Assembly (NCBI GenBank): GCA_963833225.1
Contig: CAWHXD010000008.1
Coordinates: 352,001-416,000 of the forward strand
Origin: an uncultured Chloroflexia bacterium
Lineage (GTDB): Bacteria; Chloroflexota; Limnocylindria; Limnocylindrales; CSP1-4
DNA length: 64,000 nucleotides
Direction of reading: 5' to 3'
The notes under the pieces are model-generated. The model ran no database searches and had not been told where the DNA came from. It saw only the letters and a list, made by a program, of their open reading frames with translations. The stretch's first letter is position 1; every line of letters starts with the position of its first letter. Positions 34,660-45,174 of this stretch are shown in pieces. Both the position numbers and the translations under genes were made by a program.

Positions 34660-35582
34660 CGGTCCGCCGCCACGTCGAAGCCCGGCTCGGACCCGTCCTC
34701 CGCCGTCGCATCGGCGCTCAGGCCGGCACGCTCCGAGATCAGGCGCCGCCACTCGCGTGCGACCAGCTCCGGCCGCTCGTCGCGCAGCAGCGGCAGCGCG
34801 ATCCGCTCCCGGCGAACCTCCGCGAGGTCCACGTCGACGCAGAACAGCCCCTCCTCGAACATCGGCGCACCGAAGATCGGCGCGCCGGTCGGGCCGATCA
34901 CCTCGGAGCCGCCCCAGAACGACAGGCTCTCGTCCACGCCGACCCGGTTGCAGAACACCACGAACGAGGTCGTCAGCTGCGCGTACGTGCGCATCAGCCC
35001 GCGCCATGAGCCGGCCGTCCCGAGGCCCACCTCGTGGACCCGGGCGAGGTCCCGCCCCGGCGAGGAGGAGACGTTGACCAGGATCTGGGCGCCGTCGAGC
35101 GCCAGGAGCTGCGGGGTGGCCAGGTGCCAGAAGTCCTCGCAGACCGCCAGCCCGATCCCGACACCCAGGCGCGACGGCGCCGCCCGGACCGTGTTGCCCG
35201 GGGCGAAGAACCGGCGCTCGTCGAACAGGCCGTACGTGGGCAGGTGGATCTTGCGGTGGACGTGGCGCACCTCCCCGCCCTCGAGCAGGGCCACCGAGAT
35301 GAACAGGCGGTGGTCCGCCGATTCCTCCACGAACGACACGACCGCCGACAGGTCCCGGGTGGCCTCGGCGAGGGACATGAGGCGAGGATCGTCGAGCCGC
35401 ATCGCCACCTCGGCCGCGAGGTCCTGGAGCAGGTACCCGGTGAGGCCGAGCTCCGGGAACACGACCAGCCCCGCGCCTTCGGCGCGCGCCTCGCCGATGA
35501 GCTCGTGATGGCGCTCGAGATTGGCATCGAGGTCCCCGAGCCGCGGGGCGATCTGGGCGAGAGCGATGCGGAGGGGCTGCAC
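34656..35582 (-). CDS. Carbon-nitrogen hydrolase, likely glutaminase subunit of a split NAD+ synthetase
   Basis: Glu-Lys-Cys triad in FPELGLTGY, HRKIHLPTYGLFDERRFF and VCEDFW. Stop overlaps the nadE GTG. Confidence 0.9.
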   Translation of the reverse strand: MQPLRIALAQIAPRLGDLDANLERHHELIGEARAEGAGLVVFPELGLTGYLLQDLAAEVAMRLDDPRLMSLAEATRDLSAVVSFVEESADHRLFISVALLEGGEVRHVHRKIHLPTYGLFDERRFFAPGNTVRAAPSRLGVGIGLAVCEDFWHLATPQLLALDGAQILVNVSSSPGRDLARVHEVGLGTAGSWRGLMRTYAQLTTSFVVFCNRVGVDESLSFWGGSEVIGPTGAPIFGAPMFEEGLFCVDVDLAEVRRERIALPLLRDERPELVAREWRRLISERAGLSADATAEDGSEPGFDVAADR

Positions 35583-35676
35583 GCCGATGAGTCTAGGTCC
35601 CCGGGGCCGATCCGCGCCGCCAGCTTTGCTAGGCTGGCGAGACTTCTCCTCTCATCCGCGGGAGCCGCCACCCGAC

Positions 35677-37458
35677 ATGCCCCGCCCTGTTCGCAACCGG
35701 TCGCTCCCGGGCGCCACGCGGATCACGCCGTTCGCGCGGCCGCTCGCGTCCATGGCGCTGCTGCTCGCGTCGTGTGCGCTCCTGCTCGCGTCATGTGCGC
35801 CGGGTCCGCCGGTGACGGTGGCGCCGTCGGGCGCAATCCACGGCCCCTCGGCAACCGACGTCGCCCCGATCGAGGAGGTCCCGTTCACGCCCGCCGCGTG
35901 GCCCGAGTCCGGCTCGGCGTGTGGGCTCCGAGGCTATGCCGGGCTGCTGGGACGGATCGAGACGCTCAACGCCCGGACGATCCGGTTCACGCTGTGCCAG
36001 CCGGACGGGGCCTTCCCTGCCCGGATCGCGCATCCGGCGCTCGGGATCCTGGACACCGCCGCGATCGAGCGGCTGGCCTCGGACCCCGAGTCCAGCCGCT
36101 CGCTTGCCGGAACCGGCCCCTACCGCATCGACCGCTGGGACTCCAGCGATGCCGTCATCCTTGTTCGCGCCGGAGAGAAGGCCGCAGCCATCTCCCGCGC
36201 TCCGACGGTGATCCTTCGCTGGGCGGCGGACGCGGCACGGCGGACCGATGCCCTCCAGGCGGCGTCCGTGGACGGCATCGATGCCCCGGGCCCGCTGGAC
36301 CTCGAGCGGATCGCGACCTTGCCCGAGATCGCCGTTGCCCCCAGGGCCGGGATCTCGACCGCCTATCTTGGGTTCGGGACGGGCCCGGCGTTCGACGACC
36401 CCCACGTGCGCCGCGCGATCGCCGGGGCATTGGACCGTGCGGCGCTCGCCGGTGCGGCATTCCCGCCCGGATCCGCCGTCCCGACGCACGTCGTGCCGTG
36501 CGTGATCGACGGAGCCTGTACGGGCGAGCCCTGGTTCGCCTTCAACGCGCCTGCCGCGGCAGCGACGCTCGCGGCGTCGTCGTTCGACCTGGCCTCGACC
36601 TACCCTCTCCACATTCCCGACCGGGCCATCCCCGGGCTGCCGGACCCGGCGGCCGCCGCTGCGGACATCCAGGCGCAGCTCGCGGCCAACCTCGGGCTGA
36701 CGGTCACGATCGATGTCCTCGACGCCGGGGTGTTCAACGAGGCCGTCGCGAGCGGCGAGCTCGACGGGCTCTACCTCGCGGGGATCGCGTCGGACGTGCC
36801 GGATCCCGGGGCGTTCCTCGTACCGCTGTTCGGGGACGGGGTCGCAGGCGTGCCCGCGTCCCGGGTGGACGGTGTCCGGGACGCGCTCGCGAAAGCGGCC
36901 GCCACCGACGACCCGGCGGTGCGGACCGCGGCGTTCGGACGAGCCAACGACGCGATCCGTGCGGCGGTCCCGCTGGTCCCGCTGGTCAACCCCGGTTCGG
37001 TGGCCGCCTTCCGGGCGGATGTCACCGGTGTCGTGACGTCACCGCTGGGGATGGATCCGCTCGGGGCCTTCACCCCGGGTGATCGCCACCAGCTCGTGTT
37101 CATGCAGGCCACGGAACCCAACGGCGCGTGGTGTGGGGACCAGGGCTCGGCCGACGCGTTCCGGCTGTGTGCGCTCGTGTCGGCGGGTCTCTATGGCATG
37201 GAACCGGGCACCCTCACGGTCGAGCCGCGACTCGCCGCTCGCTGCTCCCCCGGCGAGGACACGACCACCTGGACCTGCACCCTCCGGCGCGGGCTGACCT
37301 TCACCGATGGGACCGGGCTCGACGCCGGCGATGTGCTGGCCACCTACGTCGCGGCATGGGATGCGGGGAGCCCGCTTCGTGCCGCGCGCCCGGGAGGCGA
37401 CGGCGGCGTCATTGCCGGGCTGCTCGGCGTCCTGCCGGTCGGCTGGGACCAGCCCTGA
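35677..37458 (+). CDS. Family-5 ABC solute-binding lipoprotein, circularly permuted
   Basis: Lipobox LLASC. TIRFTL..P, GTGPY and FDD..VRRAIA.ALDR occur early; P.LA...WTCTLRRGLTFTDGT.LDAGDV occurs at the C terminus. Start uncertain. Confidence 0.85.
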   Translation: MPRPVRNRSLPGATRITPFARPLASMALLLASCALLLASCAPGPPVTVAPSGAIHGPSATDVAPIEEVPFTPAAWPESGSACGLRGYAGLLGRIETLNARTIRFTLCQPDGAFPARIAHPALGILDTAAIERLASDPESSRSLAGTGPYRIDRWDSSDAVILVRAGEKAAAISRAPTVILRWAADAARRTDALQAASVDGIDAPGPLDLERIATLPEIAVAPRAGISTAYLGFGTGPAFDDPHVRRAIAGALDRAALAGAAFPPGSAVPTHVVPCVIDGACTGEPWFAFNAPAAAATLAASSFDLASTYPLHIPDRAIPGLPDPAAAAADIQAQLAANLGLTVTIDVLDAGVFNEAVASGELDGLYLAGIASDVPDPGAFLVPLFGDGVAGVPASRVDGVRDALAKAAATDDPAVRTAAFGRANDAIRAAVPLVPLVNPGSVAAFRADVTGVVTSPLGMDPLGAFTPGDRHQLVFMQATEPNGAWCGDQGSADAFRLCALVSAGLYGMEPGTLTVEPRLAARCSPGEDTTTWTCTLRRGLTFTDGTGLDAGDVLATYVAAWDAGSPLRAARPGGDGGVIAGLLGVLPVGWDQP

Positions 37459-37502
37459 AGGAACCGTTCCGCGGTCGGCGGTGTCGGCGCGCCGGACCCG
37501 GC

Positions 37503-38570
37503 TCAGATGACCGGCGTGATCCCGGCCGGCTCCGTCACCGGCGGGACGGGCGCCCGCGCTCCTGCCGGAGGGGTCTCAACCGGGAAGTGGCAGGCGACCT
37601 TGTGGCCGGGTGCGAGCTCGACGAGCGGCGGCACCTCGACGCTGCAGCGCTCCTGGGCCTGGAAGCACCGGGTCCGGAACACGCAGCCGCTCGGCGGATC
37701 GATGGGGCTCGGCAGGTCGCCCTGGAGCATGATCCGCGCCCGCTCCCGCTGGCGCTCGGGGTCCGGGATCGGCACCGCCGAGAGCAGCGAATGGGTGTAC
37801 GGGTGGAGCGGGTGCTGGTAGATGACTTTCCGGTCCGCCGTTTCGACGATGTGGCCGAGGTACATGACCGCGACCCGGTGGGAGATCTGGCGGACGACCG
37901 CGAGGTCGTGGGCCACGAACAGGTACCCGACCTGGTATTCGTGCTGGAGATCCTTGAGCAGGTTGAGGATCTGGGCCTGGATCGAGACGTCGAGCGCCGA
38001 GACGGGCTCGTCACACACGATCAGCTTCGGACGCAGCGCGATCGCCCGGGCGATCCCGATCCGCTGGCGCTGGCCGCCCGAGAACTCGTTGGGATAGCGG
38101 TTGAAATGCTCCGGGTTGAGGCCGACACGCTCCATCAGCTCCTGGACCGCGGACCGGATGCCGCCGTCGGGCGTCACGCCCTGGATCTGGAACGGCGCGG
38201 AGATGATCCCGCCCACCGTGTGGCGCGGGTTCAGGGCGCTGTACGGATCCTGGAAGATCATCTGCGCCTTGCGACGCACCGGTACCAGCTGCTTGGACGT
38301 GAGGCCGGTCACCTCCTGGCCATCGATCTCGACCTTGCCGCTCGTCGGTCGCACGAGCATCAGGATCGAGCGAGCCGCCGTTGTCTTGCCAGAACCGCTC
38401 TCACCCACGAGCCCGAGCGTCTCGCCGGCATTCAGGGTGAAGTCAACGCCGTCGACGGCCTTCACGTGACCGACGGTCCGGCGGATCAGCCCCCGCGAGC
38501 GGACAGGGAAGTAGGTCCGAAGGTCGGAGACGCGGAGGATCTCCTTCGCCCCGTTCGTATCGCTCGTCAC
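37503..38570 (-). CDS. oppF: Oligopeptide/dipeptide ABC ATPase
   Basis: GESGSGKT, FQDPYSALNP, YPNEFSGGQRQR, CDEPVSALDVS, PLHPYT, GC.F..RC. Confidence 0.92.
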   Translation of the reverse strand: MTSDTNGAKEILRVSDLRTYFPVRSRGLIRRTVGHVKAVDGVDFTLNAGETLGLVGESGSGKTTAARSILMLVRPTSGKVEIDGQEVTGLTSKQLVPVRRKAQMIFQDPYSALNPRHTVGGIISAPFQIQGVTPDGGIRSAVQELMERVGLNPEHFNRYPNEFSGGQRQRIGIARAIALRPKLIVCDEPVSALDVSIQAQILNLLKDLQHEYQVGYLFVAHDLAVVRQISHRVAVMYLGHIVETADRKVIYQHPLHPYTHSLLSAVPIPDPERQRERARIMLQGDLPSPIDPPSGCVFRTRCFQAQERCSVEVPPLVELAPGHKVACHFPVETPPAGARAPVPPVTEPAGITPVI

Positions 38571-39646
38571 TCGGAGGCTCCGGCAAGGAGATTGAAGACA
38601 TCGCGCGAGATCTGCTGGCGCTCCTCGGCCGGCAGGTGGCAGCGAACGAGGTGGCCCGGGGCGGTCGCCAGGATCTCGGGTCGATCCGTCAGGCACGCCC
38701 CGCTGGTGACCCTGCTCGAATAGGTGCACCGGGGCTGGAACACGCAGCCGGGCGGCAGGTTGATCGGCGACGGCGGGTTGCCCGGGATCGGGTCCAGCCG
38801 CTCAGGCAGGACGCGATCCATCCGGGGGATCGATGACAGGAGCCCCAGCGTGTAGGGCATCTCCGGGTGGGCGTAGAGCGTGGGGGTGGGGGCGACTTCG
38901 ACGATCCGGCCGCCGTACATCACGGCGACATGGTCGGCGACGTCCGCCACGATGCCCAGATCGTGGGTGATCAGGATGACCGTGATCCCAAACTCGTCCT
39001 GGATGCTGTTGATCAACTCCAGGATCTGCGCCTGGACCGTGACGTCGAGAGCCGTCGTCGGCTCATCCGCGATCAGCAGCGCAGGCGAGTTGATCAGGGC
39101 CATCGCGATCATCACACGCTGCCGCATGCCACCTGACAGCTGGTGCGGATAGTCGTCCACGCGCCGCTCCACGGCCGAGATCCCGACCCGTCGCAGCATG
39201 TCGATCGTCTCGCGCCTTGCCGCCACCTTGCCGATCGAACGATGAGCCGAGATCGCCTCCATGATCTGATCGCCGATCCGGTAGAACGGATGGAGGCTGG
39301 ACATCGGGTCCTGGAAGATCATCGCGATCTGCGAGCCGCGCAGCGCCTGGACGTCTTCCGACGGCATCTTGACGAGCTCCTCGCCGTCCAGCCAGATCTC
39401 GCCCGTCAGCGTGGCCGTCCGCCGATCGATCAACCCCATGATGGCCTGCGCGGTGACGCTCTTGCCGGAGCCCGACTCGCCGACGATCGCGAGGGTCTTC
39501 CCCCGCTCGATGCCCAGCGAGACGCCATCGACGGCAACGACGACCCCGTCCTCGGTCTTGAACGAGACCGCGAGGTCATGAACGGAGAGGAAGGGCCTCT
39601 CGTCCGGTTGCTGGGTCGGATTGCGCGGCCGGCCGTCTCCGCTCAT
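38567..39646 (-). CDS. oppD: Oligopeptide/dipeptide ABC ATPase
   Basis: [45 protein letters not shown]. Confidence 0.92.
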   Translation of the reverse strand: MSGDGRPRNPTQQPDERPFLSVHDLAVSFKTEDGVVVAVDGVSLGIERGKTLAIVGESGSGKSVTAQAIMGLIDRRTATLTGEIWLDGEELVKMPSEDVQALRGSQIAMIFQDPMSSLHPFYRIGDQIMEAISAHRSIGKVAARRETIDMLRRVGISAVERRVDDYPHQLSGGMRQRVMIAMALINSPALLIADEPTTALDVTVQAQILELINSIQDEFGITVILITHDLGIVADVADHVAVMYGGRIVEVAPTPTLYAHPEMPYTLGLLSSIPRMDRVLPERLDPIPGNPPSPINLPPGCVFQPRCTYSSRVTSGACLTDRPEILATAPGHLVRCHLPAEERQQISRDVFNLLAGASE

Positions 39647-40635
39647 GCGACCCGGACTCGCGGATCGAGCACGCCGTACAGCAGGTCGACGATGAGGTTC
39701 ATCACGATGATGAAGAAGCCGCTGACGAGCGTGATCCCCGTGATCACCGGCAGGTCCGCCTGGACAACCGAGCGAACGGCAAGGACCCCCATGCCAGGCA
39801 GGCTGAAGATGCTCTCGGTGATGATGGCGCCGCCCATCAGGTAGGCGATGTCGATGCCGGCGGCGGTCACGATCGGGGTCAGGCCGGCCCGCAACGCGTG
39901 CTTGACGACGACGACCCGCTCCGGCAGGCCCTTGGCCCGAGCCGTACGGACGTAGTCCTCACCAAAGGTCTCGAGCACCTGGTTCCTGGTCAGGCGGACG
40001 TAGAACGCCGCGTTGAGGACGGCGATGACGATCCACGGCAGGATCATCGTCTGCACGAACTGCACCGGGTTGTCGAACGGGGACACGAATCTCGGGAACG
40101 GCAGCCAGTGCCACTCGAGGACCACGAAGAAGATCAGGACGAGGCCGATGAAGAACGACGGCATCGAGTAGCCGAACAGGGCGACCGTCATCAGGGTCCG
40201 ATCCTCCCAGCGGCCACGCCGGAGGGCGGCCACGATCCCGCCGAACACGCCGACCGAGATCCAGAGGAGGAAGCCGCCCATCGCCAGCCAGAACGTGACG
40301 GGCAGCGCCCGCTTGATCAGGTCGAGCACCTCGGCGTGCTGGAGGAACGAGTATCCCAGGCACGGTGCCGAGCAGATGATCGGCGCCGGCGAGTCAGCCG
40401 CGTAGGTGCGACCGAAGAAGATGCCGCCGACGAAGTTGAGGTACTGCTGGTAGAGAGGCAGGTCGAAGCCGAGCCGGTGCCGGTTCGCCTCCAGGAGCTC
40501 CGGCGTGCACAACTTGCCGCACGTGAGCCGCGCCGGATCGAACGGCAGCATGTTGAACAGGATGAAGACCACCGCGGTCAGCAGGATCAGGAGGAGGAAC
40601 ATCAACGAAAGTCGACGCACCGCGTATCCGGCTAC
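39643..40635 (-). CDS. oppB: Oligopeptide ABC permease, OppB type (start codon ambiguous)
   Basis: PFDPA, LGFDLPLYQQY, LGYSF, EDYVRTARAKGL, KHALR, ITESIFSLPGMG, DPRVR. Confidence 0.9.
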   Translation of the reverse strand, partial: VAGYAVRRLSLMFLLLILLTAVVFILFNMLPFDPARLTCGKLCTPELLEANRHRLGFDLPLYQQYLNFVGGIFFGRTYAADSPAPIICSAPCLGYSFLQHAEVLDLIKRALPVTFWLAMGGFLLWISVGVFGGIVAALRRGRWEDRTLMTVALFGYSMPSFFIGLVLIFFVVLEWHWLPFPRFVSPFDNPVQFVQTMILPWIVIAVLNAAFYVRLTRNQVLETFGEDYVRTARAKGLPERVVVVKHALRAGLTPIVTAAGIDIAYLMGGAIITESIFSLPGMGVLAVRSVVQADLPVITGITLVSGFFIIVMNLIVDLLYGVLDPRVRVA

Positions 40636-40669
40636 TGGAAGATCCTCCTGTCTGACTCGGTGGGATGGT

Positions 40670-40701
40670 CACTGGGGGAGCGGCATGCCGCTCCCCCAGT
40701 G
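40670..40701. terminator. Perfect 32-bp palindrome between oppA and oppB (mRNA-stabilising or partial terminator hairpin)
   Basis: cactgggggagcggcatgccgctcccccagtg equals its own reverse complement. Confidence 0.75.
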
Positions 40702-40730
40702 CGCCCAGGTTTCCTGCAGAGGAGACCTGG

Positions 40731-42569
40731 CTACTGAGCCATCGCATAGACCTGGGCGTAGTCCCACGAGCCGTAGGGCGCCCAGCGATACAGGCCACCC
40801 ACCTGGGTGCCCGCGATGGTCTGCGTGAGGCCGAACAGGGTCGGGATCGCGTAGACCTGCTGCATCGCTTCCTTGTTCAGATCCTGCCACTTGATGGCCT
40901 GATCCGGCCGATTGGTGTCGGACAGGGCCGTGTCGACCTTGGCGACCCACGCGGGATCGTCGACGCGCGAGAGATCGAAGCCGCCGTTCGGGGTGAACAG
41001 GGGCGGGATGATGGTCGAGGCGTTCGGCCAGTCGGGGCCCCAGCCGGAGCTGCCGAACTCGTTCGCACGGGCGTCATCGAAGACGGTTCCGTAGTAGCCG
41101 GACGTGATCGGGTTGAGGTTGATCGTGAAGCCGGCCGCCTGGAGCGAGCTCTGGATGATCGCCGCAGACTTGTCACTGACCGGGCTCGACGAGTAGTCGT
41201 AGGTCAGCGTCGGCGCCGCTTCGCCCGACTGGGAGATGAGCTGCTTCGCGAACTCCGGGTCGCCGCCCGCCGGGACGGCCTGACCGAAGAGATCGGTGGC
41301 CCAGCCGGTCGGGGCATAGTCCGAGCCCAGGTTCGGCTTGATGACGCCATCGCCGAGCACGCCGGCGAAGTCGCCGCCTGCGTTCTTGAGGATGGACGCG
41401 CGGTCGAGCGCAACCGCCATCGCCTGCCGGATCTTGACGTTTTGCACCTTGTCGACCCGGACCCAGAGGTAGCTGGAGTAGGGGTCGAAGAAGCTGAACG
41501 CGCGGCCGGCGTAGTCGGCTGCGGCGGTGTTCGGGTCGGTGAAGATCGTGTTGAAGTTTTCCGGCTGGATGTTGCCGTACTGGAGGGCATAGACGTCGTC
41601 ACCGGACGGCTGCATGAGCCGCTGGTCGACGACCGTCGGGTCGAGGCCGAAGAGGACCTCCCACTTGTCCGGGTACGCGCCGCGGTAGCCACCGTCGGCG
41701 GCCGAGGACCAGTACGGGTTCCGCACGAGCACGAGCGAGCCGCCGTTGCCCGGCGTGTTGCTCTCGATCATGTACGGGCCGTCCGACCACGGCATCGTGG
41801 TGTAGGTCTCGCCGGTGTCGACGCCCGGGTGATCGGTCGGGTTCGGGACGGCTTCCATGCCGAGGGTCACGGCGTAGTTGAAGTCACCAATGCCCCTGTT
41901 GAGGTTGAAGGTGATCTCGTTGCCGTTGCACTGGACCGCCTTGTCGAACAGCGCCTGCTGCTCCGGGGTGGCCTTGTACGGGCCGGGATAGGCACTGCCG
42001 TTATCGGCAGCCGAGTCAGCCGGGATGTCCAGGTACACGATCGCGTACGTCGGGCCGTCGGTGATGACGTCCGTCGCGAACGTCCGCGAGATGCCGTAGG
42101 CGTAGTCCTCGCACTTGACTGCCGAGCCGTCCTGCCACTTGAGGCCGTCACGCAGGGTGAACTTCCACTGCGTGGCGTCGGCATTGGCGGTCCCCGTGTC
42201 GGTCGCGGCGTCCGCAACGAGCGTGGACGCCGTCGCATCATCCGGTGAGTACACGTAGGAGGTCAGCGCCTGGGTGATCGTGGCGTTGAAGAACGCCATG
42301 TCCTCGCCGGTGTAGGCGCGCTGGGGATCGATGTCCTGGAAGTGGTCGGCGCCCCGCGTCGCCGTGGTCATCAGCAGGTAGAGGGTTCCACCCGTCTGGG
42401 GGCCTCCAGCTGGAGTGGACGGGGGGGCGCTCTGCTCAACTGGCGTTGATCCGGCGGGGGTGCTGGCAGCCTGGCTCGGACTCGGGGTCGTGCTGGACCC
42501 GCATGCCGCAACCACCAGCCCGGCGGCAGCTAACAAGCTGACCGCACGCCGCAGGTTCGGTCCTGTCAT
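40731..42569 (-). CDS. oppA: Oligopeptide ABC solute-binding lipoprotein (family 5)
   Basis: Lipobox VAAC, DPQRAY, WKFTLRDGLKWQDG, GPY, IRQAMAVALDR, WGPDWP. GAGGAG RBS before ATG 42569. Confidence 0.92.
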   Translation of the reverse strand: MTGPNLRRAVSLLAAAGLVVAACGSSTTPSPSQAASTPAGSTPVEQSAPPSTPAGGPQTGGTLYLLMTTATRGADHFQDIDPQRAYTGEDMAFFNATITQALTSYVYSPDDATASTLVADAATDTGTANADATQWKFTLRDGLKWQDGSAVKCEDYAYGISRTFATDVITDGPTYAIVYLDIPADSAADNGSAYPGPYKATPEQQALFDKAVQCNGNEITFNLNRGIGDFNYAVTLGMEAVPNPTDHPGVDTGETYTTMPWSDGPYMIESNTPGNGGSLVLVRNPYWSSAADGGYRGAYPDKWEVLFGLDPTVVDQRLMQPSGDDVYALQYGNIQPENFNTIFTDPNTAAADYAGRAFSFFDPYSSYLWVRVDKVQNVKIRQAMAVALDRASILKNAGGDFAGVLGDGVIKPNLGSDYAPTGWATDLFGQAVPAGGDPEFAKQLISQSGEAAPTLTYDYSSSPVSDKSAAIIQSSLQAAGFTINLNPITSGYYGTVFDDARANEFGSSGWGPDWPNASTIIPPLFTPNGGFDLSRVDDPAWVAKVDTALSDTNRPDQAIKWQDLNKEAMQQVYAIPTLFGLTQTIAGTQVGGLYRWAPYGSWDYAQVYAMAQ

Positions 42570-42689
42570 TGGTTCTCCTCTAACGATGCTCCAGGCTGAT
42601 CCCGAAGCAGACTGTACGGCAGTGTACACGCAGCCAATGGCATGGCGTCTATTCCGCGCGTCCGCCGCGTTGCCGTCGGTTGTCCCGAC

Positions 42690-43622
<933 letters not shown>

Positions 43623-43674
43623 GGCCGGGAGAATAGCAGACGGGCCCGGCGCCGTTGATGACTGCCGTGCGCCG

Positions 43675-45174
43675 TCAGTCCGGGCAGGGCGTCTGGGCGC
43701 CCGCCAACCCCTTCCAGTGCAGGTTGGGCTGACGCGCCGCAGTCGCCTCATCGAGCCGCCGGACCGGCGCCGAATGCGGGGCGCCCTTGACCAGCTCCGG
43801 GTCCGACTCGGCTTCGCGGGCGATCTCGATCAGGGCGTCAGCGAAGGCATCGAGCGTCTCCAGCGACTCGGTCTCGGTGGGCTCGATCAGCATCGCTTCG
43901 TCGACGTTGAGCGGGAAGTAGATCGTCGGCGGGTGGTAGCCCTTGTCGATCAAGCGCTTCGCGATGTCCAGCGTGCGCACCCCGGTCCGGTGCTTGAGGT
44001 CCGACGCCGAGGCCACGAACTCGTGCTTGCACGCCCGCTGGAAGGGCACGTCGTAGGTGCCCTGGAGCCGGTGCTTGAGGTAGTTCGCCGCGAGGACGGC
44101 ATCGTCGCTCACCTCGCGCAGGCCGGATCCGCCGTGGGCACGGATGTAGGCGTACGCCCGCACCAGCACGCCGGTGCTGCCGAAGAAGCTGCGCATGCGG
44201 CCGATGGTGGTCGGGCGCTCGCCGGCCCGTTCCAGCCGGAAGGTCCCGTCCTCCTCGCGCCGTACGCGGGGAGCCGGCAGGAACGGCTCCAGGACCTTGC
44301 GCACGCCGACCGGACCCGCGCCGGGCCCTCCCCCACCGTGGGGCGTGCTGAACGTCTTGTGGGTGTTGAAGTGCATGACGTCGAACCCGGCGGCGCCGGG
44401 CCGGAACCGGCCCATGATCGCGTTGAGGTTCGCGCCGTCCATGTAGGCGAGGGCTCCCGCCTCGTGCGTCGCGTCGAGCAGCTCGCCGATCCGGTGCTCG
44501 AACAGGCCGAGCGTGGACGGGTTGGTGATCATGATCGCGGCCGTCCGCGGACCCAGGGCCGCTCGGAAGGCGTCGATGTCCACGCTCCCGTCGGCGGCCG
44601 ACGGGATGGTGACCGTGCGGAACCCGGCCATCGTGGCCGTGGCCGGATTGGTGCCGTGGCTGGAATCCGGGACGAGGACCTCGTTGCGATCCGTGTCGCC
44701 ACGCGAGCGGTGGTAGGCGCGGATCATGAGGATCCCGGTCAGCTCGCCGTGGGCGCCGGCCGCCGGCTGGAGCGTCACCGCGTCCATGCCGCTGATCTCG
44801 GCCAGCATGCCCTCCAGCTCCCACAGCATCGCAAGCGTGCCCTGGGCGGTCGCGTCGGGCGCGAGCGGGTGGAGGTCCGCGAACCCCGGCAGGCGGGCCG
44901 CCCACTCGTTGAGCTTGGGGTTGTACTTCATCGTGCACGAGCCCAGGGGGTAGAAGCCCGTGTCCACCGAGTAGTTGAGCTGGGACAGGTTGACGAAGTG
45001 CCGCACCACCTCGGGCTCCGCGAGCTCGGGGAGCGCGGCCGGCTCCTGGCGCAGGGCGGCGGATGGGATCCGGTCCAGGGCGTCATTGGGCGGGTGCGGG
45101 ATCTTGCCCCCGCCGCGTCCCGGGGCGCTGCGCTCGAAGATCGTGGGCTGCAGCCGCTCGCCGACGACGCTCAT
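43675..45174 (-). CDS. gcvPB: Glycine dehydrogenase subunit 2
   Basis: [53 protein letters not shown] (PLP Lys), EPTETES. Confidence 0.97.
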   Translation of the reverse strand: MSVVGERLQPTIFERSAPGRGGGKIPHPPNDALDRIPSAALRQEPAALPELAEPEVVRHFVNLSQLNYSVDTGFYPLGSCTMKYNPKLNEWAARLPGFADLHPLAPDATAQGTLAMLWELEGMLAEISGMDAVTLQPAAGAHGELTGILMIRAYHRSRGDTDRNEVLVPDSSHGTNPATATMAGFRTVTIPSAADGSVDIDAFRAALGPRTAAIMITNPSTLGLFEHRIGELLDATHEAGALAYMDGANLNAIMGRFRPGAAGFDVMHFNTHKTFSTPHGGGGPGAGPVGVRKVLEPFLPAPRVRREEDGTFRLERAGERPTTIGRMRSFFGSTGVLVRAYAYIRAHGGSGLREVSDDAVLAANYLKHRLQGTYDVPFQRACKHEFVASASDLKHRTGVRTLDIAKRLIDKGYHPPTIYFPLNVDEAMLIEPTETESLETLDAFADALIEIAREAESDPELVKGAPHSAPVRRLDEATAARQPNLHWKGLAGAQTPCPD

